Sequence record: NC_031010.1
Reading direction: 5' to 3' (one strand)
DNA length: 64,000 nt
Part shown: piece after piece, positions 27,628-36,677 of the stretch
Position numbering within the stretch: the stretch's first letter is position 1
Layout: every line of letters begins with the position of its first letter
Translations under genes and position numbers: made by a program
Notes under the pieces: generated by a model
Told to the model about the DNA's origin: nothing
Database searches by the model: none
The model's input: the letters and a program-made list of their open reading frames with translations, nothing else

Positions 27628-28170
27628 ATGACCCAATCCTTGCAAACCGCAGCGCCTGCATTACTGGATACGTTGATTCAAGCCGGTGGCCGCGTCTTAT
27701 CACCGGATGAAGCCTCGCGTGTTCAGGATGCTGCACTGGCCATTGGTGCCGCTGCTGTTAACACCACGCTTCCTGCGAACTCTATCTTAGCCTCCCTGCG
27801 CCCACTCCTTGTGGACAAAGTCGGGGTGATGGCAGAGGCGTTTGAAAAGCTGGCGGTGGACTCCTTAGAGGGGATGGATACGAAGTACAGCAAGGAAACC
27901 GTGATGACCTTATACCCAACGCTCCTGTCAGGTCAGAAACTGTTGATTTGGTTTCTGGCGTTGGCACTGGTGGCCTTCACAGGCGTTGCGCTTTGGGATG
28001 TACTACAGCAGCCACAGGTTGACCGAACGGATGTGCTTCTGACAGCGCTCGTACCACTCGGCGGGTTGATTGCTTTTGCAGCGTTGCCAATTAAAACATT
28101 GGCGTACAGCTCACTGGCAATTACGGCTAAAGTGGTGGAACACAAGATGAACAAAGCGTCCACCAAGTAA
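27628..28170 (+). CDS. membrane protein with two C-terminal TM helices
   Basis: GGAGGA SD; LLIWFLALALVAFTGVALW and VLLTALVPLGGLIAFAALP. Confidence 0.7.
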   Translation: MTQSLQTAAPALLDTLIQAGGRVLSPDEASRVQDAALAIGAAAVNTTLPANSILASLRPLLVDKVGVMAEAFEKLAVDSLEGMDTKYSKETVMTLYPTLLSGQKLLIWFLALALVAFTGVALWDVLQQPQVDRTDVLLTALVPLGGLIAFAALPIKTLAYSSLAITAKVVEHKMNKASTK

Positions 28171-28174
28171 GACC

Positions 28175-28213
28175 GTCGAGTCCTTCGGGACTCGACTTCT
28201 TTTATTTCTTTTT
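28175..28213 (+). terminator. intrinsic terminator
   Basis: GTCGAGTCC-TTCG-GGACTCGAC plus T tract. Confidence 0.9.
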
Positions 28214-28233
28214 ACATTTTGACGTCTTTATGT
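28209..28233 (+). promoter_or_regulatory. putative promoter TAC-N13-TATGT (spacing variant)
   Basis: TAC ends at 28215, TATGT starts at 28229. Confidence 0.35.
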
Positions 28234-28259
28234 GTATTTTCACCTCAAGGGCAGCTCCC

Positions 28260-28952
28260 ATGGATTTAAAATTTGACAGACGTGCGATACTGATACCGGT
28301 GGCCGGGCTCGCCGCAGGCATCGCAAACGGTGACACGTACCGCTACCGTGAAGACCAACGCAAGGCCATGGTTGAGTGCCTGCTGCGTGACGTATTAGAA
28401 GAGAGCGGGGGTCGGGAAGATGCGCACACTCTTTCGACGCCCCGTGGTAAACTGGGCCGGCATTACTTTGAACTCAGTCGCTACTACGAAGAAGACAACC
28501 CGTCCTCCGAGGTCTGCAACGCCTACAACCGCTCGGTGATTAAAGCCCGCATCAAAGCACTGCTCGCCAAACACAGTCTCTATGAGGCGTGTGTTGCCGA
28601 AGACCAGTCTGTTGTGAATAGCATCAGTGCTGGCTACACCGTGACATGGTTCGGGAAAAAGGGGAAGCACCTGCCGTTGCAACACAAACACATTGTGGTG
28701 ACGTGGGTGAGACCAAGGCTGGATTACCAGTCTATGGATGTGACGACTTTTATTGAACGTGTTATTACAGCGCTCGGAAAGAAATATCCGCGCGAGCAGG
28801 TAAAGCAGACAGTACATGCGATACCGCTTGGCGTCTTACTCAGCTCCTACCCACACGGTGCGATGGCGGAAGACCTTCGCGAACATCCGTACCAAACGTG
28901 GGATGGGCTATTACAGTTCGTGACTTCACGACTGAAAGGGGGTTTAAAATGA
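28260..28952 (+). CDS. hypothetical protein (230 aa)
   Basis: AAGG SD; overlaps the GNAT start (ATGA). Confidence 0.7.
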   Translation: MDLKFDRRAILIPVAGLAAGIANGDTYRYREDQRKAMVECLLRDVLEESGGREDAHTLSTPRGKLGRHYFELSRYYEEDNPSSEVCNAYNRSVIKARIKALLAKHSLYEACVAEDQSVVNSISAGYTVTWFGKKGKHLPLQHKHIVVTWVRPRLDYQSMDVTTFIERVITALGKKYPREQVKQTVHAIPLGVLLSSYPHGAMAEDLREHPYQTWDGLLQFVTSRLKGGLK

Positions 28953-29428
28953 TTGTGATGTCTATCGAGATTGACAAAATCTCACCCGACGTGTATCCGG
29001 AGCTGGCTGAGTTCCTTGCCGATGCCAACAGCATTCGTAAAGAACCCCTGCAGGTCTTGATGGCCGTCGAAGATGACATCGTGCACGGGATGGTGATTTA
29101 CGAACCGGGTAACATCGTTTACCTGTACGTGGTCCCGGAGTCCCGTCGCAGTGGTGTGGCGCGTTTCCTTGTGAAGCACGTTGCCTCACAGTCGCCGGGT
29201 AAGCAGATGACGGCGATAGTCAATCCCGACGCGGTCGATGCCCAGTGTTTCTTTTTGCAGAACGGTTGGCGAATAGAGAATTGGTTCAAAGGCCTCGATG
29301 ATAAGTGGTATTTCCGTATGACGACTAAGGCGACACAACCGGCTCAGTCCCCGCCGGTTGAAGTAGGATTGGCCCGGTTTGCGAAGACGGTTCCAATCTT
29401 TATTTCGGTGGGTAACAAAATAATATAA
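28949..29428 (+). CDS. GNAT-family acetyltransferase
   Basis: Acetyl-CoA motif A LYVVPESRRSGVARFLV; motif B AQCFFLQNGW. Confidence 0.85.
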   Translation: MIVMSIEIDKISPDVYPELAEFLADANSIRKEPLQVLMAVEDDIVHGMVIYEPGNIVYLYVVPESRRSGVARFLVKHVASQSPGKQMTAIVNPDAVDAQCFFLQNGWRIENWFKGLDDKWYFRMTTKATQPAQSPPVEVGLARFAKTVPIFISVGNKII

Positions 29429-29442
29429 AACTCACGGGAAGT

Positions 29443-29937
29443 ATGAAAATGCAGCGTGTCGTCTATGAAACACGTCAACAGTGTGATAGCGGTGTGGAAG
29501 TTATCTGCGTTACTGAAAAGATAGCCGATTGTGACCTTGACCTTATTCGGTCGACCGTCCGCGGTCAGCCTGTCAAGATAATCCAAAGCACCGCCCTTAA
29601 AATTGCTTTACCTAAATCTACACCAGCAATACGACCTAGTCGAAAGGCAGACTACCAAGCCCTGAGACAGCACTTCCTTAAACACTATCGCCGCTCGCTC
29701 TGGAAGGACGTGGTGATGATGTTGGTGGATGAGTTTATCAAGGACTTGGAATGGGAAGTGATTTTAGCCGGTTCCGGCTTTAAGAGCAAACCGCCTGCCT
29801 ATCACTGGGAACGTTTCAAAAAACAGTACCTCAAAACGATGCCAAACTGCCGCTACACGTGGAGCACCCGTAACATGCTCCCCCGACTAGAGGAGCAGCC
29901 TTGGCTTCAAGCTTACCTGAAAGAGGATAAAAATTGA
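29443..29937 (+). CDS. hypothetical protein (164 aa)
   Basis: Packed ORF with ATGA overlap downstream. Confidence 0.65.
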   Translation: MKMQRVVYETRQQCDSGVEVICVTEKIADCDLDLIRSTVRGQPVKIIQSTALKIALPKSTPAIRPSRKADYQALRQHFLKHYRRSLWKDVVMMLVDEFIKDLEWEVILAGSGFKSKPPAYHWERFKKQYLKTMPNCRYTWSTRNMLPRLEEQPWLQAYLKEDKN

Positions 29938-30329
29938 TGCGTTCTGTATTGGCTGTTTTGCTGTTATTGGTATTTTCTCAGACTGCACATGCGGACTTCA
30001 ATCCAAGTGAGATGCTGGGATACCAGCCTAACAGTCCCGACGAACCGAAAGTCAAATTCGAAGCGACCGACCGTGCGCGTACGGTGACGGAAGGCGGGGA
30101 TTTTGCCGTTGTCAACTTCGGAAAAACAGACACCTGCCCGGGCGGTGGCTTTTACTTGGTAAACACCAAACGTAAAATCTACCAGTTCATCGACGCGGGG
30201 AGTTGTTATGAGAACGTACGTGCAGACCTCTCGACGCCGCCGACTTCAATGAAGACGATAGCGACGCAAGTTCTCACGTTCTATATTGGCAAAACCATTA
30301 TAGCCCGCTACCCGCTCTACGGGTACTGA
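29934..30329 (+). CDS. secreted (Sec signal) protein with a cysteine pair
   Basis: MMRSVLAVLLLLVFSQTAHA|D fits an A-x-A signal peptidase I site; two Cys in the mature region. Confidence 0.7.
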   Translation: MMRSVLAVLLLLVFSQTAHADFNPSEMLGYQPNSPDEPKVKFEATDRARTVTEGGDFAVVNFGKTDTCPGGGFYLVNTKRKIYQFIDAGSCYENVRADLSTPPTSMKTIATQVLTFYIGKTIIARYPLYGY

Positions 30330-30335
30330 CCGTCT

Positions 30336-30371
30336 CCCTGCTTACTTCGGTAGGCAGGGGGCTTTTCTTTT
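30336..30371 (+). terminator. intrinsic terminator
   Basis: CCCTGCTTAC-TTCG-GTAGGCAGGG plus T tract. Confidence 0.8.
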
Positions 30372-30383
30372 CGGAGCCGGACT

Positions 30384-31469
30384 ATGACCTTTATCATTAC
30401 CCGCACCCGAACACACCAACAGTCGCTATTGGATTTGGTGAACTATGCCAATGACGATACGATCGATACGCCTTTGACGGTAGCGAACACCGGTATCACA
30501 AAGCGTGGGGAACTCTACCCGGGTGTTTACGGGCTGCGACTCACTAACCTGTCGAAGGAAGACGACACGGTCGATGTGCAACACACCAAGATTCAACTCG
30601 GTGATATCCTCCTCTTTAGCAAGGCAGACTTAAGTTGGTTCAACCCGCTTAACGTTCCGCCAAGCAACCGGGTGTGGGACAATGCTGCACAGGCGATGGT
30701 TGAGAATGCCATTGCCAAAATGGGCTTTAACATCAGTAAAATCTTTACCCCACCGAATGCGTGTTTCGTCACGTACAACACGGATGAAAGCGGGTGGTTC
30801 ATTACGTTTCGTTGTGACTCGTTCGTGTTTGAAGAAGTATTTCTCTATCGCCTGCCGCACTACTTCGGCGAGTTTGTAACGAACAAAGATTTAGTGGGTT
30901 TTCAGTTTAATCCAGTGGGGAGCACGGAGCCACCCATTCCAGATGCGTATCCTGTGGTGTTTACGAAAGCGCCGTGGGATTTATTGATTGGGCTGGTTAA
31001 CTTTGAGAACGGTTTCACGTTTGACAAGAACCAGTTTGCATGGAAGGACTTAACGGTCCTGAGCACGCCATCAGTGAAAGGCGGGGATACCGGCATCGAT
31101 TTAGATTTGCTGGCTGAGCCTTCGGAGGTAATAGAAGACTGGGTGACCTTTACGTACAAACGTATGGCCCTGTCTGCGGTGTGGCCAAAGACACCGGTGT
31201 TAACCACGGCAGAGGTGGGGTTCAATCGCAATGACCGCACCATCGATGTCCCGACGTTAATCGCCACACTGGCAGGCCGCTTCTACCTCGACCAAAGCAA
31301 CTATGGATTCACGTTTGATTACCTCAAACGTCGGGTAACGATTACCGCACTCAGCACCAACGTCGCCTTTACGGGGAGCGTACAGCTTACTGTTGCTATC
31401 ACGATAGGGTTGGCCGAACTGGTGACGGTGCGGATGTTAAACGGCTTTGAGCCGGGCAAGTTTTACTGA
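30384..31469 (+). CDS. virion structural protein with two tail-paralog-family domains
   Basis: SLLDLVNYAN and LLIGLVNFEN...FTYKRMAL...FTGSV repeats; ends in TVRMLNGF, like the 25565 gene (SKTELDGF). Confidence 0.6.
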   Translation: MTFIITRTRTHQQSLLDLVNYANDDTIDTPLTVANTGITKRGELYPGVYGLRLTNLSKEDDTVDVQHTKIQLGDILLFSKADLSWFNPLNVPPSNRVWDNAAQAMVENAIAKMGFNISKIFTPPNACFVTYNTDESGWFITFRCDSFVFEEVFLYRLPHYFGEFVTNKDLVGFQFNPVGSTEPPIPDAYPVVFTKAPWDLLIGLVNFENGFTFDKNQFAWKDLTVLSTPSVKGGDTGIDLDLLAEPSEVIEDWVTFTYKRMALSAVWPKTPVLTTAEVGFNRNDRTIDVPTLIATLAGRFYLDQSNYGFTFDYLKRRVTITALSTNVAFTGSVQLTVAITIGLAELVTVRMLNGFEPGKFY

Positions 31470-31477
31470 CGTGCCCC

Positions 31478-31515
31478 TACCCTCTCTTCGGAGGGGGTAA
31501 AACCTCTTATTTTTT
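31478..31515 (+). terminator. intrinsic terminator
   Basis: TACCCTCTC-TTCG-GAGGGGGTA. Confidence 0.7.
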
Positions 31516-31550
31516 GCGTCACCCGCGTTGGTTATAGGAGGTACGCAACC

Positions 31551-32117
31551 ATGAAAAAATATAAACTGGCTATTATTGGCTCACGTGAGACCGATCAAGA
31601 AACCATGCAAGAAATGTATGCCCAATTACTGGCCGGTATTAATATCCTGTTGGAGAAAGGGTACGACCTTGAAATCACAAGCGGCGGCTGCTGGAAAGGT
31701 CCCGACCAGTTGCAGTTTATGCTGGCCCGGTACTTTAAAGGCGACCCCCGCCTGACCTTTATTTGTTATCTCCCCGATGACAAGAAGCTGTGGCTGAAAG
31801 AAAAGAACCCGTTTGTGGACTTCCGGGTAATTGAGCAAACTCCGCTGTATCAGGAGATTGTACGTTCGCTGCACCCGGCACCCGATTACCTGAATGACTG
31901 GGCGCACAAACTGCACGGACGTAACTTGAATATCATTATGGGTGATGATTTGCACACGCCATCGGATGCTGTGTACTACTCAGCACCGATCAATAAGCAA
32001 GGCAACCCAACTGGCGGTACGTTTATGGGCGTACAATACGCGAAGTCCGTCAACGTCCCAACCTTCCATCACGCAAACCAAGGCCAAGACTGGCTGGCGT
32101 CCTTGCGTTTATTATGA
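31551..32117 (+). CDS. SLOG (DprA/Smf-like) family protein
   Basis: LAIIGSRET, SGGCWKGPD, GRNLNIIMG and GGT motifs. Confidence 0.75.
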   Translation: MKKYKLAIIGSRETDQETMQEMYAQLLAGINILLEKGYDLEITSGGCWKGPDQLQFMLARYFKGDPRLTFICYLPDDKKLWLKEKNPFVDFRVIEQTPLYQEIVRSLHPAPDYLNDWAHKLHGRNLNIIMGDDLHTPSDAVYYSAPINKQGNPTGGTFMGVQYAKSVNVPTFHHANQGQDWLASLRLL

Positions 32118-32133
32118 TTCCTCTGAGGCACAC

Positions 32134-32397
32134 ATGCAATCAACATCTCTGCTGCAAAGATTGAAGGAGGCGTTCTGCCCGCCCCCGCCTAAACCTGCGC
32201 CGATTCAACAGCCGGTCGAATGGCAAGGGACGGAGAAGGAGTTCTTCGAGTATCTGGATAAACGTGACTTCCTGTCCGTGCCAGATAATGCAGAGCGTCC
32301 ACGCGTGATTAACTACGTAGACGGGAAGACCAACGAGCTGTTCGCCGTTGCCGTCCGCTGGCCAAATCGTTATTACTACTATTTAATCGAAACCTGA
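32134..32397 (+). CDS. hypothetical protein (87 aa)
   Basis: GAGG SD, start MQSTSLLQRLK. Confidence 0.65.
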   Translation: MQSTSLLQRLKEAFCPPPPKPAPIQQPVEWQGTEKEFFEYLDKRDFLSVPDNAERPRVINYVDGKTNELFAVAVRWPNRYYYYLIET

Positions 32398-32418
32398 TAA
32401 CGGTTCGAGGGTAGACTC

Positions 32419-33417
32419 ATGTCATTAGAACAAGATTTTGAAACGTTGTGGGAGAACTACGATACCGTGGTCGCACTCGAGTCTATCGGTGTGGGTATTG
32501 ACAACCCTGCAATCCAGTCTATCGCCAAGCGCTGGGGGTTAGATGATGTGGTGTTAGTGGCGGGTGAATCTGCTCGTGATAAAACACCTAAGAAAACCTC
32601 TTCTCTGTTGGCGCAAGTCTTCAATGACTTTGCTGGCTTCTTCGGTACCCGTTATGTGGAACTCCTGAAGAAGATGAACAACCAAGCAGACCTGTTGGAG
32701 AAGCACGCCACTGACATGGAATCGCGCCTGAATAAAATCAGTGCGTTGCATGCCCATGAGGTGCCAAGCGGTAGTTGGACATCCAAAGTCTGTTTTGAAG
32801 ACCTGCCCAATTTCAAAGAGTGCATTAAGCTTGCGAACTCTGCTGATGGGTTAGAAGCCGTGGTGAAGCAGTACACGGTTCTGACCCGCCAGATTGTATT
32901 CTCGCCGGTGATTGACCGCCGTAAGATGGAGAACGGGGAGCTGACCAAAATTGGTTACAGTTCCAACGCCGCTATCCATCGTGCGTCAGGGTATTTAGGT
33001 CGCCTTGGTGAGGCAGATGTTCAAGCCCGTCCACTGGCTGGCAATGTGATTGTTGTCACCCGGGGTGAAGGCGAGAAGGGCAAGGTGCAGTTTGCCGTGG
33101 CGCACGGCGGCGATTACAAAGGTGAGATTCCCTCGCTGGAGCTGTCCGAGTGTAAGAAGGCACTGGGCGCAGTTCGTACCATCGCTAAAACGCTGCGTAA
33201 TCGCGGTGCGAAGAATGGCGTGTTTGGTTACAGCGGCATCTACGAAGAAATCGAGAAGATGAAAGCGGGGCTCAAACAGCACGAAGGTGCCGAGCTGCGT
33301 CTGGCCACCCTGCGTTACAAAAACGCACTGGAACTCGAGAATGCATTCACTACCGCACTTGACCGTGTCGGTGATGGTTTAATTAACTGGGTAGCCGCAA
33401 GTATTAAAGCCGGTTAG
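32419..33417 (+). CDS. putative internal head protein precursor, paralog A
   Basis: ALES and VAGES sites in the N-terminal propeptide; PLAGNV...IPSLELSEC pattern recalls phiKZ internal head proteins. Confidence 0.6.
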   Translation: MSLEQDFETLWENYDTVVALESIGVGIDNPAIQSIAKRWGLDDVVLVAGESARDKTPKKTSSLLAQVFNDFAGFFGTRYVELLKKMNNQADLLEKHATDMESRLNKISALHAHEVPSGSWTSKVCFEDLPNFKECIKLANSADGLEAVVKQYTVLTRQIVFSPVIDRRKMENGELTKIGYSSNAAIHRASGYLGRLGEADVQARPLAGNVIVVTRGEGEKGKVQFAVAHGGDYKGEIPSLELSECKKALGAVRTIAKTLRNRGAKNGVFGYSGIYEEIEKMKAGLKQHEGAELRLATLRYKNALELENAFTTALDRVGDGLINWVAASIKAG

Positions 33418-33429
33418 TAGGAGACGACG

Positions 33430-34572
33430 ATGTCAGCGCTCGAGAAAGATTTGGAAATCCTGAACGACGATTGGGATCGTTTAGTGGCATTAGAAGCACT
33501 GGGCGCTGGCCCCGACTATCCTGCGATTGCGGCGATTCGTCAACGGTGGTGTTTGTCAGACGACACAGGCCACTTTGTTGCCGGTGAATCTAACGCCATG
33601 GAACGGGCCCAAGTCTTACACGACGAGGCCCGGTTCGGCAGTATCCGTAACGTCTATACCCGTAAAGCCGCAGGGGCGGTTGGTAAAGGCGTGGCAAACG
33701 TCGCCGGTGCTGCCGGACGGGTTGCTGGGAAAGGTGTGAAAGCGGCCGGTGTTGCAGCGGGTCGCACATCCCATCAGCTGGCCATGCGTTTTGTGGACTT
33801 CGCCGATGAGCTGGCCAAAGATACCACGAAGAAAATCAAACACGTGGTGAACAAGGCAACCCTTTTAGAAAACCAATTGCACAAGCTCCGCAAGGCCCTC
33901 AGTGAGGCAGGCGAGTTAGGCAAGGGGACGGTGGAAGCCGGTAAGTGGACTTCGAAGGTGTGCGTTGAGGATAAAGTCGACCTCGACAAGACCATTGAGT
34001 TTACCAACCACACCAAGGCGATTGAAGCCCGTGTCGATGAGTTCACGGTACATGTCCGTAGCGTGATGAAAGGCAAGAAGGAAATGGAGGACGGGACGGT
34101 TGCTAAACTGGGTCGGTCAACCAACTGGGCGGTCAAGCGCGCATCGGGTATCATTGGTATCGTGAGCCCTGCGAAAGAAATCACCGCAACCTGTTTCGGT
34201 GGGAACGTGATTATCGTTGAGCGCATTAACGGTAACATTACCTACGCGGTCGCCAAAGACGGTGACTACGGGCACACCATGCCTGCCCTGTCTAAGGCAG
34301 ATTGCGAACGGGCGTTGGACGGTGCTGAGAAAGCCATTGAAACATTACGGGCACTCGGCGTGAAACGCAAAATCACCGGCTTTACGGCCGTGGATGAAGA
34401 AGCAGAAGCGCTGAAGGCTGACCTCAAGAACGTGGCCCTGAAAGACCTGCGTCGTGCCACGGGCTACTACAAGTCCGCCATGGCACTGAACGACGGGTTT
34501 GTCACCGCGATGGTTCGCTCAACCGAGGGTCTTCTGGAGTACGTCCGCCAGTCTATCAAGGAGGGGCAATGA
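33430..34572 (+). CDS. putative internal head protein precursor, paralog B
   Basis: ALEA and VAGES sites; shares WTSKVC, RASG, GNVI and GDY motifs with paralog A. Confidence 0.6.
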   Translation: MSALEKDLEILNDDWDRLVALEALGAGPDYPAIAAIRQRWCLSDDTGHFVAGESNAMERAQVLHDEARFGSIRNVYTRKAAGAVGKGVANVAGAAGRVAGKGVKAAGVAAGRTSHQLAMRFVDFADELAKDTTKKIKHVVNKATLLENQLHKLRKALSEAGELGKGTVEAGKWTSKVCVEDKVDLDKTIEFTNHTKAIEARVDEFTVHVRSVMKGKKEMEDGTVAKLGRSTNWAVKRASGIIGIVSPAKEITATCFGGNVIIVERINGNITYAVAKDGDYGHTMPALSKADCERALDGAEKAIETLRALGVKRKITGFTAVDEEAEALKADLKNVALKDLRRATGYYKSAMALNDGFVTAMVRSTEGLLEYVRQSIKEGQ

Positions 34573-35036
34573 TTATTAAAGTTGCCCTTTCGGTTACGTC
34601 ACCACTTGGGAAGAAGTACCAAGACCAGATACTCACGCAGTATCGAAGTCTGTTTGCGACGATGCAACCGTTGGTCAAAGAAATCAACGGGCGTCACGCA
34701 TACCGCCAGTTCGGGAGTCTCGCTGCAAAGTGGGGTCCCGGGGAATGCATGGCATTGGCGATTGATGAGTCAACGGAAACGTTGCTCGGTTTTCTACATT
34801 TCTCATACAGCACCTCAGGGGATCGGTTCCTCTGGATTCACAACTTCTTCGTGTCTGAATCAGAACGGGGTCGGGGGACAGGCAAGGCATTAATGGAGTG
34901 GACGCAAAACTACGGCCGGACAAAAGGCTGTCAGTGGGCGCAACTCTATGTGTTGGACAATAACACTTCCGCACAACGCCTGTATGAATCCATGGGCTTT
35001 CAAACCGAGAACCGGGGTATGACTCTGGAGCTCTAA
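34569..35036 (+). CDS. GNAT-family acetyltransferase
   Basis: FFVSESERGRGTGKALM; LYVLDNNTSAQRLYESMGF. Confidence 0.9.
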   Translation: MIIKVALSVTSPLGKKYQDQILTQYRSLFATMQPLVKEINGRHAYRQFGSLAAKWGPGECMALAIDESTETLLGFLHFSYSTSGDRFLWIHNFFVSESERGRGTGKALMEWTQNYGRTKGCQWAQLYVLDNNTSAQRLYESMGFQTENRGMTLEL

Positions 35037-35037
35037 C

Positions 35038-35628
35038 ATGACACAGTTTCGCACGGTGCCGCACCACAGCGGTCAACGGTTTACGTTTGGTATCAAACGC
35101 TTTGCTATTCCCCATCGTCCGGGTTGGAAAACCGTTCGGGCCATGGGACAGTTCTGGCGTTTGCCACCGGGTCTTTCGCAGTACCTAACGGATGACGATG
35201 TACAACGGTTGGCCACCACCTGTGATGCACGACAGCGTGCGAGCTTTGAGGTCGTGTGCCAAGCAACAGAGATGCGCAAGACGTGTAATGCGTGTGAGCA
35301 GGGGATTTACTGGACGGGGCAGAAAGCGTTTCAAGTCGGGGCAGTCGATGACACTGTTAAGGTGACGCCGTGGCACGGTGAAATCAACGGGGTTATCTTT
35401 ACAGGCATTCGCATCACCACCGGTGAGCATGATTACCTGTTGGCCACCGACAAAGACGTTCCCATGGCTACGTTCTACAAATACCTGATGTTCTACTCCC
35501 ACTACATTTCAAAGCGGTCTTTGACCACCACTGATGCGGGCTACTCAATTAGCAGACTGCCCTATCGATCGGACAAGAGGCTGGAGAAATGTTCTATCGA
35601 GACCTTGAGCGCTTTGCCGAAGCATTAA
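35038..35628 (+). CDS. hypothetical protein (196 aa)
   Basis: GGAG SD, CxxC motif. Confidence 0.65.
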   Translation: MTQFRTVPHHSGQRFTFGIKRFAIPHRPGWKTVRAMGQFWRLPPGLSQYLTDDDVQRLATTCDARQRASFEVVCQATEMRKTCNACEQGIYWTGQKAFQVGAVDDTVKVTPWHGEINGVIFTGIRITTGEHDYLLATDKDVPMATFYKYLMFYSHYISKRSLTTTDAGYSISRLPYRSDKRLEKCSIETLSALPKH

Positions 35629-35657
35629 ACCGGCAAGATTTAGCTAAGGACGGCAAA

Positions 35658-35966
35658 TTGCACGATGTGATTTACGTCCTTGAACACGTTGACGATGCAC
35701 CCCGGGTTGCGGTGTCCTGCGAACCATGTGGGGCCGGTGTAAACCGGGTGTGTCTGAGTGTCCGTTCTGCCCACGGTGAGATTGTATTGAACTTTCGCGC
35801 TGACCACGAATATCTGTTGGTGCTGCGTTCTTATATCCGTCAGCCTGACCACGATAACAGTCTTATCGTGCGATGGTGTGATGACTACCAAGGGTTTGGC
35901 TTCCCACTCGAGGCCCACAAACGCACGGTATATGAGTTCGTCCGTGCTGTTGTTAACGGCTTTTAG
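35658..35966 (+). CDS. hypothetical protein (102 aa)
   Basis: TAAGGA SD before a TTG start. Confidence 0.55.
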   Translation: MHDVIYVLEHVDDAPRVAVSCEPCGAGVNRVCLSVRSAHGEIVLNFRADHEYLLVLRSYIRQPDHDNSLIVRWCDDYQGFGFPLEAHKRTVYEFVRAVVNGF

Positions 35967-35974
35967 GAGGGAAG

Positions 35975-36565
35975 ATGATACTCGACTCGATTATTTTAAT
36001 CGCCAACAAATCTGTAACGACCAAAAAAGAAATCCCTCCGACCGTTGCCGTTCATCGTGGACGCTATAAGCGACTCTACCACATCGCAACCGTTGTGGAG
36101 ATTGCCTGCAAAGTTGCCAAAATGAAACGCCCACCGTCGTCAAGGGATTTCAACCGTGTTAAAGGTATTCTGCACAAAGCGATTTGTGTGATTCATCAAA
36201 AGCGTCACAAATCACCTTACCGTGGTTTGCTGCGCACCCCACAGGAGGTTCCCATGACCCGTGAGGGAATTGTGGACTTGCGTGAGAAGACGTGTAACGT
36301 TGTTGGGTTAGCCCGCCAGCGTCTGACGTCGATTATCAACGAAACCAAAAGTCCAGCCAGTCTGCAAGAAGCCACCGCCGCCATCGAACTGATGAAAACC
36401 GCGGAGCTTGTGATTGTAGAGACCGACATCCAGTCGTATCGTCTGCAGCACTACCTTGCCGAACGCGGACTGCTCCCGTTAGTCATCACCAGTGAAAAGG
36501 CCGTCGGTCTTGACATGCCCGCCACCGATGATGATTGGTCTGAGCCCACCGTTGATCTTCAGTAA
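35975..36565 (+). CDS. hypothetical protein (196 aa)
   Basis: AGGAGG SD, ends at a terminator. Confidence 0.7.
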   Translation: MILDSIILIANKSVTTKKEIPPTVAVHRGRYKRLYHIATVVEIACKVAKMKRPPSSRDFNRVKGILHKAICVIHQKRHKSPYRGLLRTPQEVPMTREGIVDLREKTCNVVGLARQRLTSIINETKSPASLQEATAAIELMKTAELVIVETDIQSYRLQHYLAERGLLPLVITSEKAVGLDMPATDDDWSEPTVDLQ

Positions 36566-36570
36566 CAGTC

Positions 36571-36605
36571 TCCACCTCTTCGGAGGTGGAATTGTTATTT
36601 TCTTT
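36571..36605 (+). terminator. intrinsic terminator
   Basis: TCCACCTC-TTCG-GAGGTGGA. Confidence 0.8.
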
Positions 36606-36677
36606 AGTCCCAACATCAATTACAGATGTTGCCTATAATTTGACCAATCCGCAGCAGTGAATACGGAAATAAACAAC

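Noticed and set aside
27628-28170. Holin assignment for this gene or for 51233-51436, 19827 and 19958
   Set aside because: Only hydrophobic helices are seen; no adjacent endolysin or spanin, and no dual-start motif.
36611-36631. Perfect inverted repeat CAACATC-N7-GATGTTG upstream of tmk
   Set aside because: Single copy of 7 bp; could be an operator or hairpin, but there is no second instance to support it.
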